From: Nageia nagi
Taxonomy: Eukaryota; Plantae; Pinophyta
DNA: 64,000 nt
Direction of reading: 5' to 3'
Assembly (NCBI GenBank): GCA_050084985.1
Contig: JBITNC010000001.1
Coordinates: 168,454,001-168,518,000, forward strand
Shown here: positions 28,065 to 41,205 of the stretch, piece by piece
Layout: each line of letters starts with the position of its first letter
Numbering within the stretch: position 1 is the first letter of the stretch
Translations under genes and position numbers: made by a program
The notes under the pieces: generated by a model
Database searches by the model: none
What the model was told of the DNA's origin: nothing
What the model saw: the letters and a program-made list of their open reading frames with translations, nothing else

Positions 28065-29099
28065 AATGACTATTCCAATGTTAAATGGGGAATACAATCA
28101 TAACGTCTGCTTTTCTATTGAAGGTTAGGAGTGTGGAATGTTATCCTTGTGACACAAAATCTGTACGTCCTGCTTTAGATGTGGAAACTCATTCAACTTG
28201 ATGTTTATGGTAATTGCAATGTAAGTGCCTGTATGCTCTAGAAAATTAAGATGAAAGGCATTTTGTTCATTGCAAAGAATACACAGTATGGGAAATAATA
28301 ACAGGCTTTTACATTAGGTTTGCGGGTTGTAAAGAGTTTAAATTTTTGTCTATGCATAGCCAGACTCATCTTCCATGTAAAGCATGCTTTGAACCCCTTG
28401 CTTATCTCATGGAACTTCATATTGCCTATACATCTAAAGAGGACTATCCTGACTTTGGCATGTATCTGTGCTGAGTACTCTATAGAGATTATTGGACTTT
28501 TTCTTCATGGTCTGTTCATGTGATGTAGAAGGAAGTAAAGGGCAATTGGAAGCTCATGTACAAGAAATTGAGGCCCATGACAAATATACCAAGCTGAATG
28601 ACTGCCTAGTTAAGCTGTGAGGCACCATTATAACTATGCTAAGTAGCATTGAGGTGCTTCTCATACTATTAGTTTTATTAATGATGCACATATAAAAGAT
28701 ACAAGGTTCCCCATTTGCAACTCATTCCAGTTTTTGGTGTGGGAATGAAAAATAGAAAATTCAAATTGAAAAAAGCATCCTCCAATTTTTTTTGTTAAAA
28801 ACGATTAAGCAATTAATTTGTTTGCCTAAAATGAGTCCAAGTGGTGATCCATAATTTACCTGCATTGGTACTTTCAATGTGCTCCCTGTAGGAAACAAAG
28901 ACATTCATATTGAACAAACACCACATTAATAATAACTACAATCATATCAATGCTGATTCATAGGTAAATTGCTGATGAGATCCATCACAACGGATCCCTA
29001 TATTTTAAAAGCATTTTTACAGAATGATAGAGAGCAAGCTTATAATTGAAACACTTTGAGTGGTTTGGATATTTCAAACACAATTGTTGATATTCATTT

Positions 29100-30800
29100 A
29101 GAGTATCGATCATATCTTCATGCTTTGAGCTATCATTGAGGAGGTTAATCAAAGATCCTTTTAGGTCTTTTTGTTGTTTTGGGGACTTTAGGAAGGCCTT
29201 TGACATTGTTCCACGACACCTTTATTATTGCCATCATGAGGCTATATGAGACAGTTGTTGGTCGGTTCAAGATTGCTCACGGTCTTTCGGATGCTATCAA
29301 TAGCACTATTGATGTTAAACAAGGATGCCTTCTTTCGACTACTTTCTTTGGCACATATATAGATGACCTTGAGGATTTTCTTCAACTACACACCTACACA
29401 AATGATAGTTGTTGGTTATACCAAATTTAGATTGCTATACTTCTCTTTGTAGATGATGTGATCCTCTTATTTCACTCCCTTGAGGGACTTCAGAGATAGT
29501 TAGAAGCAGTTGCTCATTTATGTGAGCATAAACAACTTTCAATCAATATCAGTAAGACTAAGGTCATGCTATTCAACACCTCCATAGGTACTATCTCTAG
29601 ATTCCATTTCTCCTTCAAAGGGGAACTGGTTGAGAACACTATTGCTTACATCTGCCTTGAGGTTCAATTCTTCGGGCCATCGTTTAGCTTGAAATATACA
29701 TCGTAGTCACATCTTTGCAAAGGGTATGCTTCACTTTCCATCCTAGACTATCAATGCTTCCAGATTTACTTCTAGGATATCCCCTCAAAGAAACATCTCT
29801 TCGATGCACTCGTTAAATGCAAAGTTCTCTATAGATTAGAGGTTTGGGGTCCTAGTTTTGGACCTAGTGGATGGTCACGTATTGAAAGGGTTCAGACCAC
29901 CATGTTTCAATAGATGATTTGTTGCAAATGAATAGTACCACACTACATTGTTTATAGTGAGTTTGCTGCACAACCACTCTATCTTGAGAGTGTATTCAAG
30001 CTCACATCCTTCATAGATTCAAAATGTTAGGTGACTTTGAATCTAGTTGGGAGAGGTACCCATTTCTCGCTTTGCACTTTTCAAAGAGGCTAGCATTGTT
30101 AGATCTGACTGGGTGCAAATAATATTGGAATTCGTAGGTTAGTTTGCTTCTTCAATTTGTTGGCATCTTCATTGATTGACTCCCACCCTTTAGCTACTCG
30201 TTGACCTCTCCTCGCCTTCGCCTTTCTAAGGTAGAGATCCATAGATCTATGAGAGAGGATATTTATCATCATTACATGTGGGTTACTCTCCTCCATAGCC
30301 ACTCACCCTAAGATAGCTTTTTACACTAAATGTTTCTTACAGAGTGTTGATTGTATCATTGCTACCTATCTTCTGCACCAGTTGTCTCATGGCTTGAGGT
30401 TTCCCCTTAGACAATTGCGAGTCTAGTCCCATCAGCTTCGACTTGAGACATTGTATTCCTTAGTAGGACTTGTTGGCTTCACTCTCTCCATGAGGTGGAG
30501 AATGAGAAGTACTTGATATTTTGTTGTCCCATTTATCACAAGATTTGAGGGAGGTACTACTGCTTGCATAGAGGGTCCAAAGGCTCCTTATTCATTTTCT
30601 TCTGTTATCCTGACCAAAGATGTTTGGCCCTTTTCCTACAAGAGGTCACTATCTTCAAACGCAAAGCCCTACAACAGTTTGCAAAGATCCCTTTGTCCGC
30701 TAGGCTGATCAACTGCTTTTTTCAGCCCATTCCTAATGCCATATGGACTAAATGCCCTATTGGTGTAGATTTCTTTCCTCTTGTATGGTAAAGGGCCAAC
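29100..30800 (+). mobile_element. Degenerate non-LTR retrotransposon RT and C-terminal zinc finger (RTE/RTEX-like)
   Basis: SIDHIFML, DFRKAFDIV, VKQGCLLSTTFFGTYIDDL, LLFVDDVIL, INISKTKVMLF, LFDALV...LYRLEVWG, LRV*SHQLRLET, EVENEKYLIFCCPIY. Confidence 0.9.
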
Positions 30801-31979
30801 ACTATGTCGAGTGAGGTAGCGTTACTTACCCCCCTCTTGAAAGGACTTGAACCCCAAGGTTTACTTGTCTTCAAAGCTTTAAAGGCCTCTTGTGACTCTC
30901 GATGGATTACTGAGTGGTTGGTTCTTTTAGCAAATCCTGGGATAACTCATATAAGGAGATAGGTTGCTATTAACTCACATTTAAATGGTCCATCCAACGC
31001 AATATGTCATACAATCGATTGTTAAAGTAAAAAAAATGAAAGAACAAGAAACTGAGTGATATTGACGATTCAGGGTAATATTACAAGGGTAACCTATCAC
31101 CAGTGTGTAGGGTCTAGGGATTTGCTATCCAGATTTATTAAGGAGTTTCTTTCAATCATCAAACAAAGAAGCGAATGATTGAAATCCAAATCACTTCTAA
31201 GTAAGAGCATAAAGAAGTGACCGCATGGTGGATGAAATGAAATGAGATTTTCATGTAATTTGGATGAAAACTCCTACTCAAATAGCATAGAAAGCAAATT
31301 ATCTGAGAATACAATCACTTACATGCAAGTTGGAGAAATAACGGTTCAAACACTTGAGAAGATATTCTATTGCCTAAAGCGCAAAGCTTTCAAGGAAAAT
31401 AACTGTAAGGGTATAAACCATTAAAAGACATCAAAATTTCAGCAGTATATCACAATATCTCATAGCACATCCACAACTCCATGAAATCACAAGTACCACT
31501 TGCATATATCTTGTGTTCCAAAGCTTCTTAAGAGAATCAACAGAGTATTCATACAACTCTATAATAAGAAGCTCCAGCTAATTCTTCCTTTTCCAAAAAT
31601 GACCCTATGAAGGATACTTATAAGTTTAAAAAGCATACTACATTAAATGTGGCATTGCCCTAAAACAGCTGAAAACCCTAAACTAACTGAAAAGAAAGCT
31701 TTAAAATGGCATGAAAAGCCATAAAGTTGTGACACTAATTGACAAAAGCATTAAATAACAAAGTCTTTGCACTTTGAATCAGTGGGAGCAAAAACTCATC
31801 CTTAACGGTTCAAATTAAATAAAATAGTTTTAAAGCTACCCCTATTTATGCATGTATCAATAAAATATTTGAAAAAAGGTCATCCTTTCAGTAATTAACT
31901 CCATTTAGTGTCCAAAATGTTGAAGTTCCTATAGCCTGGGTTTATGAAAGTAACTTTCCTAGGGAGCTCTCCTTGCAGC

Positions 31980-34900
31980 ACTTTCAACAACATGTCCATC
32001 TTCTAGCAATATTCGTCAATCATCTTAGAAGTTTGCTCCATTTGATATCTCCAAATAGTTAATGACCTGTCATGCTCAATAATTGTTTCTATTTTAATGA
32101 GGTTAACATCTTTAATTTGCCGGAGTTCTTCAATCAAATTTTTGGTTTCCAGGGCCACCTCTTCTGTATTTCTGACGTGGCCATCTTCCCTTCTGATGAA
32201 ATCTGTCTTCATCTGATAGTTAACCATCTGTTGCTGGACTTCTTTTTTCAATTTCATCCTCATGCCAATAAGATATTCACACTTTTCAGTTGCATACTAC
32301 AGCCAATCATGCTGGATATAGAACTGGATACAATAACTTGTTTTTGCTTCTTCACCCCTTTCATCCCTTTCCAATTTCGCCACCATTGGAAAGTATATTT
32401 CAGCTTTTTTCAAAGTTTCCAAGATTTTCTGTTTTAAACTTTCCACCTCATTCTCTCCTCTTAGAACATAGGAATACTGTGAGCAAAGCCTTTGAACAAC
32501 CTTCATTACTTCATTAGTCAGTGATTCCTTTTTCAAATTGATGCCCATATTCCATGAAGATGTCAACTTGAGTCTTTGGCATTCATTCCTGTTGCTTCTA
32601 TTTCTTTTACCAACTTGTTTTTCTTAGTCAATTGTCTTTTCAGATCATTGATTTCCTGTTCTCTTTTTGAACCAGATTTCTTCACAATTTCTCCAACTAA
32701 GCAAAGGAGATGCATTGCCCATATGGGCCCATCTTCATTTTCACATCCTTGCTTTGTACCATTATATTTTGGGGACCTTGAGGATGCCTTTTCTTCATGT
32801 AGACCCTATCAATGGGTAACCCATCTTCTTTAATGGTGACAAAACCTTCTATATCACTGTCTCTTTCCTCTTCCATTTTTGCTTCATTAATCCTCTCATC
32901 TTCATCATCTTCTATTTTGCTCTGATGGTATTTTTGCATTGTGTTGATGACATTATCCATGTCAAAATTTCACTCCTTTCGTTGGCTTGCTGGGACACTC
33001 TGGATTATTGACAACTCCTCAATTTTTGGTTCTTTGGTTGGCTCTCCTTATGTTCCCTCTTGGTATATCATCATCTGCTGACCCTGGTGTTCAACAACTT
33101 TTCTTTTCTCCTTTGTTCTTTGCTTTTTCCTTCATCTTCACCATCATCTCCTCCATTTTCTCCTGATACTAGAGTTGATTTCTTGGTTTGAGATGTGGGT
33201 CTCTTATGATGTCCTCTTTTTGATTCTTTACCATGCTGTAATGGTGAATCTTTCTTGTTATTCTTGTGAGATCTAGAGGAGGAAGGTGCATCCATAGGAG
33301 GTGGCATTATTAGGGGTGATTCTTTAGATAATTCGATAGCGATTTCTGCTATGCACCGATCAACCTCTTCAATTATATCCTCAATAATCTCCATTCTCTT
33401 TGGAGTAGAGATACACCCTATCGAATCTATCATTTTTTCTAAAGTTCTATTGGAAATCTGAACTCCTGCTGCTTTCATCACCCCTTTTCTCTTCATTTCT
33501 TTGATCCTTATCATTGTTGCCCTCCTCACTGCTGTCAGACTCTTCTTCATTAGAGATATCTAAGTTTGAAGTAGAACTCTCTTCAAAATTAGAGCTATTA
33601 CTCTCATCAGAACCGGTGCTATTATTGGAATTTTCTCCATTGGACGATCCTTTGTTGCTACTACGATCGCCTTCAACGAATTCTCCTTCCTCTATATCCA
33701 CATCTGAATTTGCTCCCATAGGTTCAACACTTTCAACACTTTGAGATTTTTCTACATTGACATCCTCTTTACTAGAAACTATTTTGTTGCTCAAAGAGGG
33801 CAACCTTTTTGTTCTCGGCTCTCTTTTCCCCTTTGTTGGGCCTCTTGTAGGAAGTAATCCTGGATGATCATTTATAATTAGAGTAGGATCCCTTTTTGTG
33901 GCATCGAGAAGCAAGTTCATCGGGAATTCTTCCTGATTCGATTCTTTGCAAAGTTCAATATCTTCCCTCATCTCTTCTATTGCGGATTTGAGACTTGGTG
34001 CCAAATGAAAAGTTCCATACTCCCTTGTTCTTACTTGTGGCTTTGTTAGGTCTATTGTTACTTGTAATTTTCGAGGCTTGGGTCTTTGAGTTTCATTAAT
34101 CCATTCTAATTTCTGAATTTCTCCTCGGACTACCTTCTTCATTTCCTTGTCTAATGTGTGATGGGAATGGGCTAGATTCTCTTGTATGTAAAGCAAAATT
34201 GATTTATTTTCCCTTCAAGATCATAATTCTTCACTACATCTCTTGTGGGAAAGCCATAAAGTAGGATATTTGTCTTTGCCTCTTGGACCTCCTTCTATTG
34301 TGTGTATGAATATTCACCAATGATGATCGACAGGTTAAAGGTGGCACCTTTCATTTTCCACACCTTCTCCCTTAAATAGAAAATTTGTCTGCAAAACTCC
34401 ATCATGATTAGTCAGTTACTAGCATATCTAGGAAGCATGATTGGAGGTTCTTCAGACCCATATACTCTGATGTACGTAGCATTGGAGTTTTCCATGAAGA
34501 AATCAGCATACTCTCTGAAGGCCTAAAAGGTTGAATCAGAGACCCTTTCAACTGCCTCTTTTACTTTTGTCTCCCTCAAGATTGGGCATTCCTAGCCATC
34601 TATCTTCATTTTGTTATTCCCCCACCTTTCTTGATACCAGAACTTAGGATAACAATACCATAGTAGATTTGTGGGCTTTAGTAGTCTTTCAAGGATGGCA
34701 TGAGCCATTTTTCTATTTTTCCCATGCAAAAGCAAATACACCAAATAAGAATTCATATAAGTCTTAGAAGAACCAATTTCAATGAGTTGCTTGTATAGGG
34801 AATCATGTGACGTCCCCCTTGCATGATCATAATTAATTGTGGAATCCAACAGGTTCCTCTTGTAATATATTTTATTATTGCATTGTACTTTCATGTTTGT

Positions 34901-36650
34901 AACTCGGAATAGAAGACTTAATGGGTCAATGGACCCCACTATGAGCCCCAAGTGGGACGTCTCCCTCCCAAGCTTAGATTAGGGGTTATTATTTCCCTTG
35001 GAGATCCCGATCTTGATTGTAGCAATCCCAAGGTCTGTTATTACACTTAGATAGATGGATGGACACTTATATGCATGTGCCCACGTTGGCCCAACATGAC
35101 ACCTAGACCCCATGCATAACTCCTTGACCGACGTGGGCATGCGTGGCACTCCTAGACCCCCATGTTGGCACTTAATGCACCTTAGGCCCCCCATGTTGGC
35201 ATGCCTAACCCCTAGGCACCCACGTTGTGCATTCTGGCCCTCCAAGAGGCTAATGTTGGGATTAAGGAGCCAGGTGATGACTCCTAGGTGAGATTCGAAT
35301 AGAGTTGAGTGTATAAAGAGACATTGGAGCCTCATTGTTGGACATACCTTATTATTATTATACTTCATATTGTTTATAGGACAACAAGACTTAGCGTCAT
35401 TAAGCAATCCCCTAGGTGCAACATTTAGGAGGGCTTTCAGGATGAGGGATCATGATCGTCTTTTACGACATTGGTGCAACACCCTTGCCCATCTGGTGGT
35501 ATTTTGAGGTTGAGCTTCTGCCATTCAGTTGGTCGCCAGCGTTTGAGGAGGGTTGCTTTGGTGGTTCTATCATCAGTCGAACAGTGAGAGACATTTGGTT
35601 GTGCCCTAGTTGGCTTCTTGGAGGCCAACAATAGCCCTATTGGGCCTGGTATTGTATTGTTGAGCATTGTACATCTTATATACAATCATTGGGCTTTGGA
35701 TCTCATATTGTGTTATTCTTGTGTCCATTATTGCAATGTTGTGGTGTGTATGTCCCTTTATGCATATATGAGCTAGACGTTGGCATTGTAAGGGTTTGTG
35801 CTTGATATCTGCTTGTATTGGCCAGACGTTGGCATCTTGGTGTTGTGTGGACTTTTAGTGGATGCCCTAGCTTAGACGTTGGCAATATTGTGTTGTTTAT
35901 ACTTGTAATTGATGCCTTAAGCCTACTGTCAAGGTTTGTGGATTGGAATTTGCTAATTTTGCACTTGAGTTGTATTTGGATCCTTACAAATTACTAATCA
36001 CTTTGCTCCATCTAATCAGTCAATTCTTGGCCATCAAATTAATAAACCCTGTAAACTCAATCTTGAATTTTGTGTCATTTGGTTGGCCTGTAACCCGGGA
36101 CAAGAGGGTGATCATCTGTAAAACAATTGGATTAAAAACTTGTCCTGGGAACATTAATTAGTTTCGTACCAATGAAATGTTTGCAATCCTCCTGCAACCA
36201 ACCCTTGATCAATTCGGTAGGCTTCCCCAAACTGTGATAATATGCCAAAGAATCCTCCTTTGTATAAACAACCCTTCGTTTGGCAATTTGAATACTGCTT
36301 CAATTCCTTCCATGGAGAAATCCATCATCTTGTTTCCTGCTGTATTGTAAAGGGCTTTCTCCTCGAAATTGCATCGTTTTCCCACTTCCCAACACAACTC
36401 TTAGAATGGAGCAGCAAAAGGCACAACTACTGCTGAGACAAATCCGAAAGTGTATAACAATTCATGTTGCAATTGTGCCCTCTCTAGCTTGTTGATGGAC
36501 TCTAGAGTTTATAGGGTCTGTATGGGACCACTCAGTGTTTGTAATCTTAGATACATTATTCTTAAATTTACCCTCCTAAGGCATGGTTACAGGATCCTTT
36601 TGGAAAACTATGTTGGTTTTTTTAATCAGATTAGCTACAACAACTTTCAC
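31980..36650 (-). pseudogene. Decayed retrotransposon accessory ORF (conserved N-terminal domain, acidic/Ser-rich linker, coiled-coil C-terminus), split by a solo LTR
   Basis: The ORF pieces 36209-36397, 34592-34805, 33447-34196, 33071-33550, 32697-32960, 32297-32566 and 32003-32263 are colinear. MDFSMEGIEAVF, WSKVIS, MNSYLVYLLLHGK, WYCYPK and YIRVYGS are shared with 51788-54830. Confidence 0.8.
34806..35988 (+). mobile_element. Solo LTR (~1.18 kb)
   Basis: tgtgacgtcccc...ggatccttaca, TSD aatca/aatta (1 mismatch). The host ORF rejoins across it (WSKVISN|SLYKQLIEIG). Confidence 0.85.
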
Positions 36651-37499
36651 TTTGGGAGGTCCAAATAGTCCTTCAGGCCATTTGGGAGTTTGCTCCTTTA
36701 CTGAGTGTTCACATTCTTCTTCATGGGTTGCCCCTCCTTTTCTTTCATCAGTTGTTGTTTTTCTTTCTGCTTTGATTGTTCTCCCTCTGCCTCCCCTTTT
36801 CTCTGCTTTTAGCCCTATCTTCTTTTAATTTCTTAATTCTCTTTTGGTTTTCTGAGTCCATTTTTGGGATATCAGAATACCTGTTACAACAAAACAGAAT
36901 TATTCCTAGGTTGAGATGAATGAGCACTTGGATAGAGAGGAAATGAGCTTGGATAGCTAGAGGATAAAGGGGACTGGCTCAATCTGATGGGCCATAGAAC
37001 AATAGTGAATGTTGAAAGATTTTTAGAAGCTTAGGCAATTGGGTGAGGAGAGACAACAGGGTCTCTCACCTTCTGATCAATTCCCAAATCTTAATGGGAA
37101 GATTATGTGACCAAAGAAACTTGTAACTTCATAAAATTGACCTACTTCTGAGCTTGAATGAAGTCAATGTTAACACCTTTGGTTTGATTCTTCAAGTGCC
37201 TGGAAACTGATGGAAACCATAAGCAAATAACTCAGATAGGGTTAGGATTCTAAGTTTGGAGAATCGGGAAGGATCTTGAGGCCAATTGGCAAAATAGAAG
37301 GGGTCGCTCAGTTTACCTTTCTTGCAATATGCATTTGCTTGAAGCTGTGTGCCCTAGGTGTTGCCTGAAAATGGTGCGATGTCTTTTGAGATTTGTGCAA
37401 ACAAGAAGACATTCCTTCTATGCCTCTGCCACTCTTACTGAAAAGAAATCTTGAAGCTTTGAAGTGATTTCCACTAGGTGCATGATTTGGGCATCTTTC

Positions 37500-38920
37500 C
37501 TTAGTTGCTTAGTTTGAAGAGTTTACACTTTTTATCACCTGAGAGTCATGCAACCTCCATAAAACTTAGAAAAATTTGCAGATAATGAAGTTTCTCACCT
37601 TCTCATACCCTTTTGATGATCCTTTGCAACATATCATAGGTTAAATCTTCCTCTTTCATTAGGTCGCATGGTTTAGAGAGGATGCCTAGGTCGCTCAATT
37701 TGAAAATCTTACTTCCTTTATTACCAAGGAATCATGCAACCTTCACTACACTTAGAAAATTTACTTAAAATGAAGTACTTTGCTCTTTTATAACCCTATA
37801 GGGACACTTGGCAGCAAATCATTAGTTGGAACCAGCTCTATAAGCAAGTTGCTCAATCTGGGTGTCTTGCTTTGGTCTCTCAATTTAGGCTCTTTTCCTT
37901 TTGCATGCAAGTGGAAACATGCAACCTCTCCTTTTCTTAAAAGTTTTTGCTCAAATGAAGTCTCACCCTTCCCTTTTATAGCTCTAAATGACACTTGGCG
38001 AGAGACTACAAGCCAAATCTATCCTTTTAATCAAGTCATGTGGTTTCAGGTTTATGCCCTGGTCACATGGTTTAATTTGCTTGTCTTTTGCATAAGGATG
38101 GAAGTATGCGATCTCTACCACACTTGGAAAATTTCTTTGAAATTAAGCTCACTCTTCTTTTCATAGCCTTCCAGTGCCACTTGACAACAAGCCATGTAGT
38201 TTGACTAGATTGCACGGTTTGGGATGGATACCCAAGTCGCACAGTTTGGCTAGTTTGATATCTGCATGATGGTGGAAGTATGTGACCTCTACAAAACTTG
38301 AAAAATTCGGATGAAATGAAGTCTCCTTCTCCCTTTTATAGGCTTTGTATGACACTTTTCCTCCATTGGTTAGTTAAAGTCTCCTAGATATCAAGTCACA
38401 TGGTCTTGTGCTTATGCCTTGGTTGCACACTTTGAGGGACATGCCACCTCCATCCTGCTGAAAATATGCGACCTCTTCCAAAAATTGAGCAATTTTGTCC
38501 AAATGAGGTCTAGCTCCTCCTTTTAAAGGTTCTCATTGACACTTGTCAACCATTGAACCTTTCTAGCCAACTTACTCATGGTTGCATGATCTGAAGGGGA
38601 TGCCTAAGTCACTTACTTTGGGGGACATGCAATTTCCATCTTTGAGAAAACATGTGACCTAGCCTATATTTGGAATTTTTTTGCAAAACAAGGATCCATT
38701 ATTGATCTTCTTTTCCTAGCTCTTCCATGGTTGCAAGGTTTAGGGGTCATACTCAGGTTGCACAATTTATGGCCTTCTAAACGACAAGGATCCCTTATTG
38801 GTCTTCTTTTCCTAGTTCTTCCATGGTTGCAAGGTTTAGGGGTCATGCTTAGATCGCACAGTTTTGGAGGGTTTCTTCTAGCATTGGAGTGAAAACATGT
38901 GACCTCCCTAGAACTTAGAA
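37500..38920. repeat. Degenerate tandem repeat, ~186 bp period, ~8 units
   Basis: The anchor (c/t)atg(c/t)(g/a)acct occurs at 37547, 37733, 37918, 38105, 38279, 38465, 38651 and 38896, usually followed by ...ttagaaaa.tt...aatgaagt. Confidence 0.8.
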
Positions 38921-40614
38921 TTTTTGTAAGGAAACTGACACTATGCTCTCTTTAACTTGCTCAAAAGACGAGTGGCAACAAATTGACTAGATTGGATGAA
39001 GATTAGGGGAGTGTGATAAGACTCTTGTATAAACAAGCCTTTATTTCTTTGAACTGTTTGTGATGATCCCAAACCGATAGCTCATGCTCAAACATGCCCT
39101 AGGAGAGGGATGTTTGCCTTGAAGCTCCAAATCTAGCTGAACAAGCTCAAAACAGTACAAATACACCAACGTCTAGCTAGGAATGCCAAATCGAAGCTTA
39201 AACAAACCATAAATGCTCACAAATACCCAACGTTGCACTTAGGGAGCAAAAACATGAATTTAACAGTGAAATAATTACTCCAGATCCAACGTCCAAGCAT
39301 AAGAGAACAGTTACAACAAAATGATTGGAAATAATGTAATTGTATTGATAAGCAAAGAGAGTAGTGCAATTATATTATATATTTTTGGTGCCTAAGGAGC
39401 TTACACCAAGGTTGCCTTCAATAGGGTTATTTTGGATGGCTCCAAGGACTCACCAATTGCAGCAGCAACAAGGCCTAGCCCATGGCTTCCTAATATGTGA
39501 TGGAACCAATAGGTTACTCTCCCGAATGGCTAGAGTAAGCTCAAGGCTAGTGTTCTATCACCTTGAGATCTCAAATGCAGATTGCTTCGCAAGTGGCGAA
39601 GGAAGAGTTCTCACACTCAATCTGATAAAAGGGGGTTTAATAATCAATTCAACATATCTCATAATGTCCAAGAGTTCTCCTTTTATAGGCGAGGTAGTCC
39701 ATCTTCTAATATTGCATTGAGTTGATCTAATGGTGGAGAGATGTTATCCATGTGCTCTTGATGACAATGTCCAAGATGGAGAGCCTTGGGATAAATGAGA
39801 TCACATCCAAGGGTTTAGAAATGAAGCACTGCGTTGATGGGGATTCCAATATGCCTCAGAGTCTATGCCATGTGTCCAAATACCCAAGTAGGGTGACATG
39901 GGGCTTAGGGATGCCCAATCCTCCAACATGGGGTGAATTTCTCGTTAAATGCCCAATGTCCAAGTATGGGAGCCATCCAATGCATTGAGATGCTAATATC
40001 CCTCCTGGGATGCCATGTCTAGTCTTGGAGCTCTTCTAGATGCCTCGAAGTCGGTGTAATCACCTAGGGGGATGCTTAATCTTGAAGAGGGAAGCATTAA
40101 TGACAATAGGATCCTTTAATGCCAATATTACAATCATCAAGGCTTAATATGCAACATCCCATTAATGGAAACTAATATTGCATTTACAATCATTAATGGC
40201 TTTGGTATCATCATTACACATTATTGGCATAATTACAAATATCCTTAACTACAAATATGGAAACACTTTTAATTACATACAAATCACACATAGATAAATT
40301 AAATAGCTATTGCTCATCCGTAAAGGATGGGTGTCACTCTCAAATGAGAGTAAATAATGGATTCTCACATGCGTGTGATATGAGTAGACTAGTCTGGTTG
40401 GTGAACTTCAAAGTGCCATAACTTCCTCATTTCTTGACCAAAATAGGTAATGTAACCTGTCAAAATCATTGGCACGAGGTTCTCTTTCCATTCCAAGTGT
40501 TGAAATGTCCATGTTTGGCTTGTAGAAGACGAAATTTCGTTAAAACAAAAAATGAGTGAAACCTTACAAATTGGGGACATTACAAATCCACCATTCCAAA
40601 ATCTCAAGTAATGC

Positions 40615-41205
40615 TTAAACATTTGCCAAGCTGATAATGTCCCAATTTGTTCTTGGAAGAAATTCTTCATGCTTCCATTGCACAACTTTGATTGCAAATT
40701 TGTCATGCCATGTTGGTGCTCTAGGTGCTCTTTCTTTTCTGATGACCATGAAGTCAGGAGTGGGTATGAATGCAAAGAGAGTTACTCGAACTGTTGTTGC
40801 CATACACCACATTGTGATGTTTCCAATACTGAGATTCATACATACTGCTTCTCGAAATGCTATTGTGTTTGGCGAATGAGTACGCATGAAGTCTATTGTT
40901 TTATCACTCTTTTGATCAGCCCAACTGAGTGGAGACAAGTCTGTAATTCTTCTTATTAGATCTAGTATATCTTTGTTCAGTACAGGCTTTGTGCTAACAA
41001 CCTTCCAACAAGTCGTCCAAAGCTTTTCCTCTTCAGTCATTCCATTAAGATCATCTTGCAAAGTGATGTCCTCTTCAACAATGGAGATTTCTTCACTTAG
41101 AGAATCAAAGAGGAATATAACAATTCTGCTTTCTTCCTCATTCACAGTATCCCAAATGGTTTCATACTTGGTTTCCTCAGTACCAAAGTCTAGTGATGAT
41201 GCCAT
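40615..41205 (-). CDS. Uninterrupted 196-aa ORF of unknown function inside the non-autonomous LTR element
   Basis: ATG-to-stop ORF, sense to the element, ending ~30 bp before the 3' LTR. Acidic N-terminus. No family recognised. Confidence 0.5.
   Translation of the reverse strand: MASSLDFGTEETKYETIWDTVNEEESRIVIFLFDSLSEEISIVEEDITLQDDLNGMTEEEKLWTTCWKVVSTKPVLNKDILDLIRRITDLSPLSWADQKSDKTIDFMRTHSPNTIAFREAVCMNLSIGNITMWCMATTVRVTLFAFIPTPDFMVIRKERAPRAPTWHDKFAIKVVQWKHEEFLPRTNWDIISLANV

Larger units (their letters stand above)
30805..39058 (-). mobile_element. Large gypsy-type module (LTR-like end, accessory ORF, tandem repeats), resumes at 45781
   Basis: Begins with TG at 30805 and truncates the LINE. 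Carries a long decayed ORF and a 186-bp repeat ladder. Interrupted by insertions at 34806 and 39059. Confidence 0.65.

Noticed and set aside
39364-39988. Duplicated protein-coding genes (ORFs 39364-39988 and 44631-45138)
   Set aside because: They are the same positions in the two LTRs of one element, so the similarity reflects LTR identity.
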